DNA of 64,000 nucleotides, from assembly GCA_951406725.2 (NCBI GenBank), contig OX597818.1, positions 49,104,001 to 49,168,000 of the forward strand, in the 5' to 3' direction. Within the stretch, counting starts at the first letter, position 1. Each line of letters starts with the position of its first letter. Origin of the DNA: Octopus vulgaris (lineage: Eukaryota). The notes below the pieces were generated by a model, which was not told the DNA's origin, made no database searches, and saw only the letters and a program-made list of their open reading frames with translations. Both the position numbers and the translations under genes were made by a program. Below are positions 12,474 to 25,029 of this stretch, piece after piece.

Positions 12474-12744
12474 AATGTACATAATTTTAAAAATAAATTA
12501 AGACAACAGCTGTTTTATTTCATTTAGATATATTAAATCGTCTTATATTACACAGCAATTGGCTTTCATTCTCAGAGTTCTTCACACAAAAATGAGAAAA
12601 GTAGGTTTTTAAGTGGTATTGCCCAAGGGAGACTGGCAGGTTATGCAATTTAAACTTTAAATTGTGGGATAAATAACTGTTAATGTCATTGTATTTGAAT
12701 CATGTGTGTGTATTTTTTTATACATGTATATCTGTTTGTATTAA

Positions 12745-13085
12745 TGTTGCCAGCCTCACCTGCCCCCCTTTCTGGTGGCACGTAAAAAGCACCATCCGTT
12801 CGTGGCCGTTTGCCAGCCTCGCCTGGCCCCCGTGCCGGTGGCACATAAAAAGCACCATCCGTTCGTGGCCGTTTGCCAGACTCGTCTGGCACCTGTGCCG
12901 GTGGCACGTAAAAAGCACCCACTACACTCATGGAGTGGTTGGCGTTAGGAAGGGCATCCAGCCGTAGAAACATTGCCAGATCAAACTGGGCCTGGTGCAG
13001 CCTTCTGGCTTCCTAGACCCCAGTTGAACCGTCCAACCCATGCTAGCATGGAAAGCGGACGCTAAACAATGATGATGATGATGAT
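12745..13085 (+). mobile_element. RTE 3'-tail element with three ~60-bp internal units
   Basis: gtggcacRtaaaaagcacc x3, GGAAGGGCATCCAGC, (GAT)n end; same tail as 1560-2108. Confidence 0.85.
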
Positions 13086-13409
13086 ATAGATATAATCATA
13101 CCTGTAGATAATTAACAGCAAAGGTATAAATAAAGTAGAAATTAAAAATGATCATTCTTTCAGTTTTATCTATAATCTATTATTTAAGATCAAAGAACTA
13201 TAAATTCACTGCTTGGAATTGATTCAGGTATCTTTCACATGAGCAACATAGGACAACAATATAGTCAAGCACCAATGCAAGGATCTGTGTAGTTGGCTGA
13301 CCTGTTAAAAAAAGCCATGAACTTTTTATCTTGAAATTGGAGAGACAGATTGGATAATTGTTATGTTCCAGTGAAGGACAACATGACCAAACAAGAGAAA
13401 TATGTGTAT

Positions 13410-13626
13410 TTAACCCTTTAGCTGTCAAATGCAATGCTTACTTATTCACATTGTTTTGTATTAGTCATGCAGTTATCATGCAGTTTCGAAATTTTGACGG
13501 TATGATTGTTTAGTTTTACAATGACATTGTAGGATAGATGTGAGAGGCTGGATCTGGCCAATTTGGACATAAAACAGGTAAAATGTTTGGGCCAAATATT
13601 GCCAGTTTAAAATGCTAAAGGGATTA
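13410..13626. mobile_element. piggyBac-like MITE, diverged
   Basis: ttaaCCCTTTAGC...GCTAAAGGG; same family as 57936-58157. Confidence 0.6.
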
Positions 13627-13851
13627 CTCTTTTACTTGTTTCAGTCATTTGACTGTGGCCATGCTGGAGCACCGCCTTTAGTCGAGCAAATCGACCCCAG
13701 GACTTATTCTTTGTAAGCCTAGTACTTATTCTATCGGTGTCTCTTGTCAAACCGTTAAGTTACGGGGACATAAACACACCAGCATCAGTTGTCAAGTGAT
13801 GTTGGGGGGACAAACACAAACACACAAACATACACACACACACATATATAT

Positions 13852-13918
<67 letters not shown>

Positions 13919-14097
13919 TATATACATATATATGACAGGCTTCTTTCAGTTTCTGTCTACCAAATCCACTCACAAGTCTTTGGTTGGCCCAAGGCTATAG
14001 TAGAAGACACTTGCCCAAGGTGCCATGCAGTGGGACTGAACCCAGAACCATGTGGTTAGTAAGCAAGCTACTTACCACACAGCCACTCCTACGCCTA
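13625..14097 (-). mobile_element. SINE family A, full length
   Basis: Consensus match with internal (CA)n(TA)n. Confidence 0.9.
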
Positions 14098-15049
14098 TAA
14101 TTATGAATAATCTCCTAATCTTATCAAGATGATTATATCTTGGAATGTCTTTGATCACAAGTCTGTACAGTCAGGGCTGACTGCAACAACAACTGCAAAA
14201 TTTTGAACTGCTATGAACATTTATCTCCTATTCTTGCTCAGAACTGATCAGGGTTCAAAGATGATTGTCCTGTTGGCTATATGAACTCATTCATGGAAGA
14301 ATACTTTGTTTACTTGGTGACCTTATCTCACCAGTATCCGCTCCTCTGCTCCACAGGAAACAGCATTACATTGTTTGTGCCATCATTCTGCAAATTTCTT
14401 GTAACACAAACAATTTATAATCCAACTACAAAGCACTTTGCTTACTTTACTCACAAAAGAACCCATTTATTCTTTATCACATGCCTTTGCTCATCATCTA
14501 TCTTGTATTTGTTTGAGTCATTGGACTGTGGCCATGCTGGGGCACTGCATTGAAGGGTTTTAGTTGAATAAATTAATCCCATTACTTATGGATTTTTTTT
14601 TAAAGTACAATACTTAGTCTCTTTTTACCAAACCAATAAGTTTTGGAGGATGAAAACAAACCAACACCAGTTGTCATGTGATGGACAGTGGGGTTGGGTG
14701 ACAAGCACACACACACGCACACATATATGTGAAGGGCTTTCACACAGTTTCCACTTATCAAATTCACTCACATGGCATTGGTTGATCAAGGGCTGTACAA
14801 AAAGACACTTGCCCAAGGTGCCACATGTTGAAATTGAACCCCAAATCATGCTGTTGCAAAGTGAGCTTCTTAAGCGTACAGCTGTGTCTGCATCTGTGTG
14901 TTATGTCTAACTATGCATGACCTTTTGTCAACCATGACATAGCTGTATGGTTAAACGTTCACTGTCAAACTCTGTGTCTTCAGGTTCAATCCCTCAGAGT
15001 GGACACATGTGGTCTCCGATGGCCTTGGCTTAATGAAAGTATTCTTTTT

Positions 15050-15436
15050 CTTTTTTCTTATTCGTTTCAATCATTTGACTGTGGCAATGCTGGAGCACTA
15101 CATTTAGTCAAACAATTTGACACCAGGACTTATCTTTGAAGGCCTAGTACTTACTCTATCGGTCACTTTTGCCGAACTGCTAAGTTACGGGGAACATAAA
15201 CACACCAACATTGGTTGTCAAGTGACGGTAGGGGGACATACACAGACACACAAATACACACACACACACACATACAATGAGCTTCTTTCAGTTTCCATCT
15301 ACCAAGTCCACTCACAAGGCTTTGGTTGGTCCGAGGGTATAGAAGACACTTGCCCAAGGTGCCACACAGTGGGACTGAACCCAGAACCATGTGATTGGGA
15401 AGCAAGCTTCTTTCCACACAGCCTCGCCTGTGCCTA
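15050..15436 (-). mobile_element. SINE family A (older copy also at ~14505-14895)
   Basis: Consensus match. Confidence 0.85.
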
Positions 15437-16129
15437 TTGCATATTGTTAGTAAAATCTGTGGAAGTCTATCAGATGAGCCATTCTTGTTCTTAGGTGTTC
15501 CTTTGGTCTTGGGGTTCCTTTGTAGGAGTCCACTCTGTTGCAAGCATCTAACCAAGATTGATCTGAGGATTAATTCTTCCATTTTCACCAACCAGTCACA
15601 AACCCTCTAAAGAAGCTCATGACCTCTGCCCTCTGACTAAGCCATTAGAAAAGAAATTCCTATTCTTATCAAGCTTCATATAAGTGATATAAATTCTCTG
15701 AATTTGACAACCTAAAGCTTGTTTTCTTCAATCACTAATATATTCTGTTATCACAAATTTGACGATTCTACTTTAAAGCAACTATCTTTCCTTAGTTGTT
15801 CTAATCCAGTACCTTGTAAACCATATTTAGGCTATTTAAGTGATTGTTTTTGTTTTTCATTAGTCTTGCACCAAAGGTCTTTGTTACTAAAATAGTCTTG
15901 CTCATTTTGATAATTATTACTTCCATCTCTAATATCTGATAAAATTTATTTTCTCTCTTTGTCCAGTGTTGATATACTTTGATATCTATTGAAACTTTAA
16001 ACTTTTATTCCTGATTGCAATAATCTCTTCACATATTTATTTTCTAAATCGCCACAGTTGAACTTATTGCTAATGTTTTATATATTAACTATTTATTGCT
16101 AATGGTTCTTTATACCAAACTATTACTGA

Positions 16130-17862
16130 CTAGCAAACGCACCTGTCCTTTGGATGGTTTAAGTTGCTTTTGTGGTATTTTTTCACCAAATAATTGAACT
16201 ACCGAGAAGGTTTATGTGTAGCATGGCAATCTGTTTCCAATTAACCTAGGAACGGAAAATCAAATTGAAGGCTGGTTATTGTGGAGGTCATTGCACTTTG
16301 ATTATCATAAAACATATAGGTTTGCAAGCGATGTAAAGTAGAGCTACTGAAGTGTTTTGGGAGTAGAATACGGATAATGACTACAAAATATAGTTGTTTT
16401 ACATGAAAATGAAATTTCTCATTAGAAACAGCCACATAAATGGTGTAAGGAAATTGAAGGAAGATGTTGAAACTTCCCCTCATCGAGTTTATTTTTTTCA
16501 ACAGCAAAGGGAGATATTTTTTCCGGAGAGAAAAGCTAACAAAAGCCCCTTTATTCTATCTTCCCACATAGCGTGCACATAAACTAACAGTGAATGCTGC
16601 ATAAAGTTAAATTGGTATGGAGCTTCCTGAAAGATACATATAGCTTTTGCTAGTGGAAGCAAAACTCTTATTTAAAGGTTAATTCTTTTGGAAGAATCAT
16701 ATGTGAGTGTTTAATAAAGGCTAGAATGACAATGTTAAAACCTATTTGAAACAATGGACAGCTGTCGAAATATCATAATGGCTGGATAAAGAAGCATCCT
16801 TAAAGTGAAACAACGGTATGAAAGGTAAAAAAAAAGAAGGTATCAACAATCAGAAGAGAAGGAAGGGAACATCACCTTTCAAGTAACTCGGAATAGGTAA
16901 AGGTAAGCTTGCCAAAGTTTAATGCAGTTTCAATATGTAGATTAAGATAGTTTGGTATTGGATATTCATCACGTATAGTTTTCCTAGTCAACTGAATTAC
17001 AGTCGTAAGTGGACAGCAGAAATAAATAGATGAAATCCTTTCACTTTTATACGAAGATTAAAAAGAAAATGAGGGCAAAACGCACTCGTTTTTTCACAAT
17101 GAAAAATTGTTACCTAGTAGCCGGAATTTCGCGACAAAATGTATGTTTATTAACACAACAGCCTGCAGTGCATGCCTGCTGGGCATTAAAAGCCAATCGC
17201 ACAAACCTAGAGGGGCTCTGGGGCCCCCTTGAATCGATAAAAAACCACTCTTTTTGCCATAGCAACCACATCTTTATAGCTTGCGAATTTTAACCATCGC
17301 AGGTCTCATCCTCACCATGCATTTAGTATCCCTGCCAATTTTCACGACAAAATGTATGTTTATTAAGCACAACAGCCTGCAGTGCATGCCGCTGGGCATT
17401 AAAAGCCAATCGCACAAACCTAGAGGGGCTCTAGGCCCCCTTGAATTGATGAAAAAAAATCACTCTTTTTGCCATAGCAACCACATCTTTATAGCTTGCG
17501 AATTTTAACCATCGCAGGTCTCATCCTCACCATGCATTTAGTATCCCTTCCAATTTTCACGACAAAATGTATGTTTATTAAGCACAACAGCCTGCAGTGC
17601 ATGCCGCTGGGCATTAAAAGCCAATCGCACAAACCTAGAGGGGCTCTGGGCCCTCTTTAATCAATAAAAAAATCACTCTTTTTGCCATAGCAACCACATC
17701 TTTATAGCTTGTGAATTTTAACCATCACGGGTCTCATCCTCACCATGCATTTAGTATCCCTTCCAATTTTCAGCTCGATCCTAGCCCCGGTTTGGCTGCC
17801 ATTAACCGTCAAAGCAAAATGTGCAGACAATTTTCGTCCAAGGACTGTTTTATAGATATAGA
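16130..17862 (-). mobile_element. Non-autonomous Helitron, ~1.7 kb
   Basis: Minus strand A|TCTATATCTATAAAAC ... imperfect subterminal hairpin, CTAG|T; no TSD. Confidence 0.7.
17125..17772. repeat. Tandem repeat, 3 x ~213-215 bp, inside the Helitron
   Basis: gacaaaatgtatgtttattaa at 17133, 17346 and 17561. Confidence 0.95.
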
Positions 17863-18547
17863 TTATTTTACATTTTACCTGCTCAGCAAATCTCTCATTA
17901 GTTAACCTTGTTATTACTTTTTTTACTTGCCAGTTATTGGCAGAACGTGATATATTGTTTTGAAGGAGTCAGCGGCAAGGAAAAGAAGAAAGCTAAGCCC
18001 ATGAGTTTTTTTTATTTTTAAAATCCCTGACCCTTAAGAGGTGCACTTTAAGTTTTTTGAGCTAAGAAACATTGCATATAATATTCTCATTTGTATATTA
18101 ACGAAGAGGTAAATATCCAAATTGTTATGTGACTGAGCTCAGACTTATGATCATTGGCTTTCCATCTATGACCACCCCGTTCTCCTTTTGTCAGGTACTG
18201 TGTACCTAGAACTATGTATTCTTGTTCCTTTTCAAAATAGTTGTATGTAATTTCAGAGAGATTTAGCTGCTATTTCTAGCTGCTGGAACATTCACATAGA
18301 ATCTCCTGAACAACATGTTAGGCCTACCACCCAGAGCTAAAGCTATGACCTGGTCACTATCTTGACTTTTTTCTCATGATATTTTGTTTGACTTAATGCT
18401 TGTTCTTCTCGTCTTGGGAACCGTCTTATTGCCAGTCAGAAGGTATGGTTGCAATGCTGCACCAACCTGTTAACACTTTGGTAGGAACCGAGACAACAGT
18501 GCTTGTATTATTTCAATTTATGTATTTGCTAGTTCACAATTTACAGA

Positions 18548-18706
18548 AGGTGTGGCTGTGTGGTAAGTAGCTTGCTTACCAACCACATGGTTCCGGGTTC
18601 ATTCCCACTGTGTGGCACCTTGGGCAAGTGTCTTCTACTATAGCCTCTGGTTGACCAAAACTTGTGAGTGGATTCGGTAGACGGAAACTGAAGGAAGCCC
18701 GTCATA

Positions 18707-18764
<58 letters not shown>

Positions 18765-19225
18765 TATATATATATAGTTAATCCAAACATGAAAACACAA
18801 AGAGAAAACACAACGTGAAGACCTGGAACAAGTATAGTATTATTGGACGCTCAGGAAAGAAGGAAAGAAGGAGGGTTTAATGTTTTGAGTGGAGCTCTTT
18901 GTCAGAAACATAGGAAAAGGAAAGATCCAAAGAAGGGAAGACGGAGGAAAAAAAACTGCCAACGGTACATACGTGGTCACATTTTGAATGAATATATATA
19001 TGAGTGTGTATATGTTTGTGTGTCTGTGTTTGTCCCCCCAACACCGCTTGACAACCGATGGTGGTGTGTTGACATTCGCGTAACTTAGTGGTTCGGCAAA
19101 AGAGACCAATAGACTAAGTACTAGGCTTCCAAAGAATAAGTCCTGGGGTCGATTTGCTCGACTAAAGGCGGTGCTCCAGCATGGCCGCCGTCAAATGACT
19201 GAAACAAGTAAAAGAGAATAAAAGA
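18548..19225 (+). mobile_element. SINE family A with a hammerhead element nested in its (TA)n
   Basis: Head 18548-18705, tail resumes ~19000. Confidence 0.88.
18777..18991 (-). mobile_element. PLE-like hammerhead element (decayed motif at 18875-18909)
   Basis: Minus strand GTTT-CTGACAA-A-GAGC tcc ACTC-AAAA-CATT-AAAC; homologous to 59571-59765. Confidence 0.65.
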
Positions 19226-19924
19226 GACTTGTAGGAGAGAGATTGCTACTCTGAGGCAGATTGCTGTGTTAGCGAGTGAGAGAAAGAGAGAGGAAGAGTG
19301 GGAGGCAGAAAGAGAAGGGGAGAAGAGAGAGAGTGGGAGACAGAAAGAGAAGGGGAGAGAGAGAGGAAGAAATTGCTACATAGTTTACTTATGAGACATG
19401 TCCTTGCTGTGTGTTCCATTCTTCAACTGTCCTCCTAAAGATAACTAGGTAATTTACTTCTTAATTTGTATTCAAAGTTAAACTTAGAACCTTACACAGG
19501 TATTTGCTGTAGGAATTGTCTAGTTTCCTGATTGGTCTTTAACTATTAGCATTCACCATCAAAAAGTGATAGAAGTAAAGTTTAGTGTTAAATGACAGTA
19601 TCATTTTGTTTTAATGTCTTACTTGTTTGGATTTAGGTTTCTTTAAAGTGGTGAATATAAACAATTAGAATATTACAAGTTCTCAAATTTCTGTTTAATA
19701 ATAGCTCTGTTGTGAGATTAGATAACCTATAATTATGCTTGTTATACATGCAAGACAAGATGAACATACTAAAAGCTACAAAATGCTTAATACTTCTATC
19801 ATTATTTTTGATTAGGGAATTGTTTATCTTATCTTAATTTTTTTCCCTAGAAAAAGATGAGATTTGTTTTTTGTTTTTTTTAAAAAAAAAATACCTTAGT
19901 GTCCGTTTATTTAAAAGATTACAT

Positions 19925-20314
19925 TTTACTCTTTTACTTGTTTCAGTCAGTTGACTGTGGCCATGCTGGAGCACTGCCTTTAGTCGAGAAAATCGACCCT
20001 AGTACTTATTCTATTGGTCTCTTTTGCCGAAACGCTAAGTTACGGGGACGTAAACACACTAGCATTGGTTGTCATGCGATGTTGGGGGGACAAACACAGA
20101 CACACAAACATATACACACACATACATATATATACATATACATATATACGACGGGCTTCTTTCAGTTTCCGTCAACCAAATCCACTCACAAGGCTTTGGT
20201 CGGCCCGAGGCTATAGTAGAAGATACTTGCACCCAAGGTGCCACGCAGTGGGACTGAACCCGGAACCATGTGGTTGGTAAACAAGCTGCTGACCACACAG
20301 CTGCTCCTACGCCT
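19925..20314 (-). mobile_element. SINE family A, full length
   Basis: Consensus match. Confidence 0.9.
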
Positions 20315-20569
20315 ATCTTCACTTCATAAATATGAGTCTTCTTGTTATTGTTAGTTATACAGCTGGAAGTCATTTACAGTCAAGTGGACTGGAACAAGGT
20401 GAAATGAAGTATTTTTTTAAGAGCACAATGTTTTGCTTGATCTGGGAATTGAAACCCCCATCTTATGATCATGAGTGCCACACCCTAACTACTAGGCTGA
20501 AGTTTAAGCCAAACTTTCACAGCATTGAGATTGTTGAAAGATATTTCTTTTCATGGGCAGAAATTTCAG

Positions 20570-20964
20570 TGCCTGTACTAGAAGGGTGCCAAGAGCACCA
20601 TCCGAGTGTGATCGTTGCCAGAGCAGCCAACTGGCTTCTGTACCTGTGGCACGTAAAAGGGCACCATTCAAGCGTGATCGTTATCAACGTTGCTTCACTG
20701 GCACCTGTGCCGGTGGCACGTGTAAAAAAATTTGAGCAAGGTTATAGCCAGTACCGCCTGACTGGCCCCCGTGCCGGTGGCACGTAAAAAGCACCCACTA
20801 CACTCTCGGAGTGGTTGGCGTTAGGAAGGGCATCCAGCTGTAGAGACTCTGCCAGATCAAGATTGGAGCCTGGTGCAGCCATCTGGTTCGCCAGCCCTCA
20901 GTCAAAATCGTCCAACCCATGCTAGCATGGAAAGCGGACGTTAAACGATGATGATGATGATGAT
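20570..20964 (+). mobile_element. RTE 3'-tail element
   Basis: Collinear with 1700-2108; ends gttaaacgatgatgatgatg. Confidence 0.88.
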
Positions 20965-21032
20965 GTAGGTCTGATGGAAAGATTTATTTAAACTCATTAC
21001 TCATTTGTTTGTTTTACATTTTTTTTTTACAG

Positions 21033-21066
21033 CAGTGAGCTGCAACCTCCTGGCCCTCAGGAATAA
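21033..21066 (+). other. Candidate terminal coding exon (SELQPPGPQE*)
   Basis: Poly-T tract then acag acceptor, short open frame to TAA, AATAAA motifs downstream; no homology recognised. Confidence 0.25.
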
Positions 21067-22016
21067 ATCAAACTAAATAAATAAAGTAACACTCAGACAA
21101 AAAAAAAAGAAGAAAATAAATTCATCAATTTTTGTAGTCATAATTTAAATGCCTCATAATTTTAATCCAAAAGTAATACACTTAGACAGATCCTTCTTGA
21201 AATTATATAAATTTTCAGGCTGAACTAATTCCTATGCTTTGAAATAAGTTTGTTTTTCTCCTCAGAGTTTTTGTTAACTTCGATTATAACAAAAATTCTG
21301 TCAGCAAAGAATGTGTATAACTTCTTTGGCAACTGAAACTTGGCTTATTTTGCTATTAAGAAAAAATTAAAATAAATTAATGCAGTACATTTAAATAAAT
21401 GCATTACACAGACCAGCGAGTCAATTTTATTATTTGTTAAATATTCCAGACCTACTTTAAGAATAATTTGAGTTGAAAGGCAGCTGTTTTCATCATTTAA
21501 ACATATCTATCAGACACATATGTATGTGTGAAAGAGAGAGAGAGAGAGAGTATTTGTGTGTGAAAGGGCAAGAGAAAGAAGGAAAGGGAGATAAAGTGTG
21601 TGTGTGTGTGAATCAAATAGGTTTGAACTCTCAACTTGTTGCAGATCAGTTACGTTTTTTTCACAAATTGCTTCGTTAGAAAATTCTCTCAACGCTTTTA
21701 ACCATATGTTGTTCTTCTGATAAAGCATCTCAGTTATGACTCTGAAAAATGCAAATCTGGTGGGCTCCTTGAACTTATCACGGTTTCTTTGTTAACAAGC
21801 TTCTACATTGAATAGACTCAGCAGGTGAAGTTGTATAGTTAAGTACTTTGCTTCATAGCAACATAGTTCTGAGGTCGATTCAACTGCATGGCATCTTGGA
21901 CAAGTGTTTTCAATGACAGCCTTGGTTACCTTAAGAATGGAATTTAGTACACTGATTATATATATGTGTGTGGGGGAGATGTGTATTATTGTCACCATTT
22001 AATATTCATGTTCCAT

Positions 22017-22596
22017 GGCGTCAAGCTGGCAGAAATGTTAGCACGCCGGGCGAAATGCTTAGCGGTATTTTGTCTGTCTTTACGTTCTGAGTTCAAATTC
22101 CGCCGAGGTCGACTTTGTCTTTCATCCTTTCGGGGTCGATTAAATAAGTACCAGTTATGCACTGGGGTTGATATAATCGACTTAATCCATTTGTCTGTCC
22201 TCTCTGTGTTTAGCTCCTTGTAGGTAATAAAGAAATAGGTATTTCGTCTGTCTTTCCGTTCTGAGTTCAAATTCTGTCGAGGTCGACTTTGCCTTCCATC
22301 CTTTCAGGGTCAATAAATTAAGTACCAGTTACGCACTGGGGTTGATGCAATCGACTTAATACCTTTGTGTGTCCTTGTGTGTCCTTGTTTGTCCCCTCTA
22401 TATTTAGCCCCTTGTGGGTAATAAAGAAATAGGTATTTCGTCTGTCTTTACGTTCTGAGTTCAAATTCTGTCAAGGTCAACTTTGCCTTTCATCCTTTTG
22501 GGGTTAATAAATTAAGTACCAGTTGTGTACTGGGGTTGATCTAATCGAGTGGACTCTTCCCCAAAAATTTCAGGCCTTGTGCCTAGAGTAGAAAAG
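22017..22596 (+). mobile_element. SINE family B trimer with 16-bp TSD
   Basis: Units join at 22238 and 22432; TSD aatattcatgttccat at 22001-22016 and 22597-22612. Confidence 0.9.
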
Positions 22597-23110
22597 AATA
22601 TTCATGTTCCATACTGGTATGAGTTGGATGGTTTGACAGGACCTGAGGCTGTTATGATACTCTCTGCTTCCCTGAACTAGGCAACTAACATGCAATCTAC
22701 ACCACACCCATATTCACCACAGCATCCTTGCTATGTCCCCTAAACTCAGTTGTTGTGCTAATTTCTTTTCCCAATATTGCCCTCTTAGAATATCAGTCCT
22801 TTCACATTCCATCCCTTGTTTAATTCATGCTGCGGACATCAACCTATAGATGTTCAAACTGGACATCAGTTTCACCAGCTTTGGAGATCCTGTAAAGGTC
22901 AGAAGCATTTCCCTTTCCTCTTTAAACTATTATATGTATGTATGTGTGTGTGTGTGTGTGTGTGTGCATATGTTTGTGGCTGTGTGGTTAAGAATTCTGC
23001 TTCCCAACCAAGTGGGATTGGGTTCAGTCTCACTACACAGCACCTTTTATTATAGCATGAGGCTGATCAAAGCCTTGTTAGTGGATTTGGTTAACAGAAA
23101 CTGAAGGAAG

Positions 23111-23146
<36 letters not shown>

Positions 23147-23149
<3 letters not shown>

Positions 23150-23333
23150 AGAATTAACAAAAGACGAAGACAGGTGGTGTAGACAACAAACAGGTGTATT
23201 AGTATAACACTCGGAAAGTGAAAAAGTCTTTAGCGTTTCGAGCCTTTGCTCTTCCACAGAAAGAAACATGTAGAGAAGATAATGTGTAGTGGCTAGCGAT
23301 CCATCATGTCGATGTAGATGGCTGTGCATACAA
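23147..23333 (-). mobile_element. PLE-like hammerhead element (CUGUNGA-type motif at 23228-23263) in the (TA)n of a SINE A head
   Basis: Minus strand CTTT-CTGTGGA-A-GAGC aaag GCTC-GAAA-CGCT-AAAG; homologous to 52911-53290. Confidence 0.65.
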
Positions 23334-23485
23334 TATATATATATATATATACACACATACGTATATAGGTGTGTGTGCGTGTGTGTATACATATGTGTGT
23401 GTAAATTTGTATTGCAAGATTCCTGATGTGAAATTATATGTTAAAACAGATATTGTATTTCGGGAGGGTCTTTTTTTTTTTTTTT

Positions 23486-23756
23486 TCCTAAATAAACACA
23501 CACACCACATATTTGTTCTTCACTCATTTATTGCTGTTCTTATTTTAATTCATGTCTATTGTCTGGAAATTTTTTGTCACACATCTGTGATTGCATTCTG
23601 GACTAAACAGAGCAAGAGCTCACATAAGGATGGGAAGTGAAGCTGAAGAGGTCACAGATGTGTGACAAAAGATTTTCGGACAATGGACTTGAGTTAAAAT
23701 AAGAACAGTAATAAACAAGTGAAGAATGAATATATTGAGTGTGTGTTTCTTTAGGA
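23486..23756. repeat. Imperfect inverted repeat (~105-bp arms) with degenerate hammerhead-like motif
   Basis: Arms 23486-23590 and 23652-23756; CTGAAGA-G-GTCACA gatg TGTGAC-AAAA at 23643. Confidence 0.65.
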
Positions 23757-24328
23757 GAAAATACAGAAAATGACCATCCTGAAATATATGTATATGCGGT
23801 TTTATACATAAAAAGAACCTGTACTGGTGCCATGTAAGAGGCACCAATGCCATTGCCATGTAAAGAGCACCCAGTACACCCTGTAAAGTTGTTGACATTA
23901 GGAAGAACATCCAGTTGCGGAAACCATGTCAAAACAGGTGAATGGAACCTTGTGCAGTTCTGTTGTTATACTGTCTTATAAAATAGATGTATAGTTTTGT
24001 TGGCAGCACTCTGTATGCAGATGGCTGTGCATAGAATATTTACATGGACAGAAAAACACACCAAACTGGTTCCAATCCTTGAAATGTGTTTCTTTCTTTA
24101 ACTCTCTCCAGACATACTATTTATAAACCCAGCATTTGTAAGGGATTAACCTCTTAGCATTCAGATTACTTTGTCAAATTTAATTCTTTTTCACATTGTT
24201 TTGAATTAATGAGACATTATCTTGTAATGTTGAGATTTTGATGAGGTGACTGTTTATTTTTAGAGTGACCTAGCTTAGGTGTGAGAAACCAGATCTGACT
24301 GGTTTGAACATAAAACAAGTAGACTATT

Positions 24329-25029
24329 GCTAAAATTGCCAAGAAGGCTGAGGGTGTCTTGGCATCACTTACCAAGTCTTTTGTGAGCCACTCTCTGGCT
24401 TTCTATCTGAAGCTTTATATAGCTATGGTGCGGCCTCACCTGGAATTTGCATCGCTGGTCTGGAGCCCCCATCTTGCCCAGGATATTAATCGTCTGGAAA
24501 CCGTTCAGCGACGTGCAACCAAGAGAATACCCTCCATCAGGCATTTGCCATATTCTGAACGCCTTACTTCCCTGGGCATGGATACATTGAAACTCCGACG
24601 TCTGGCAGCTGACTTGGCAGACACCCATAAAATTATCAACCATCGTACAAACAATAACTCTGAGCACCTTTTCAAACTCCACCTGTCTAACACCCGTGGA
24701 CATGTTTACAAAGTCAGAAAACAGCACAGCTCCCATGACTTTCAGAAACATTTTTTCATGCTAAGAGTTGCTGAAGTATGGAACAAACTGCCGGTATCAG
24801 TTGTTAGTTGTCGGAGAACTGCATCCTTCAAAACTTCCATGCTTCCTGAGATTCGCCAACACTACACCTGATTTCCTCCCCTCCATACACACGCAAGCAT
24901 GTATCTGACTCCTACACTGTTCACTTTCCAGACATTTGTACATTACTGCATATACTTTATACGCACTTTTGACAAGTTGTGGTGCACCTGAGCACTGCAT
25001 AAAATAATTTCATTATTATTATTATTATA
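24329..25029 (+). mobile_element. CR1-clade LINE 3' end
   Basis: LYIAMVRPHLEFASLVWSP...LETVQRRATK...YSERL...LRRL..DL...TRGH...FF.RV..WNKLP, then 3' UTR and (ATT)n tail; interrupts a piggyBac-like MITE. Confidence 0.92.

Noticed and set aside
12770-12925. Regularly spaced ~24-bp repeats resembling a CRISPR array
   Set aside because: Spacers are similar to each other, the array is part of the RTE tail, context is eukaryotic and no cas genes are present
16241-16507. ORF with IYVAVS and AMTS, reminiscent of Pif1 helicase motifs
   Set aside because: Motifs are in the wrong order and too short to support
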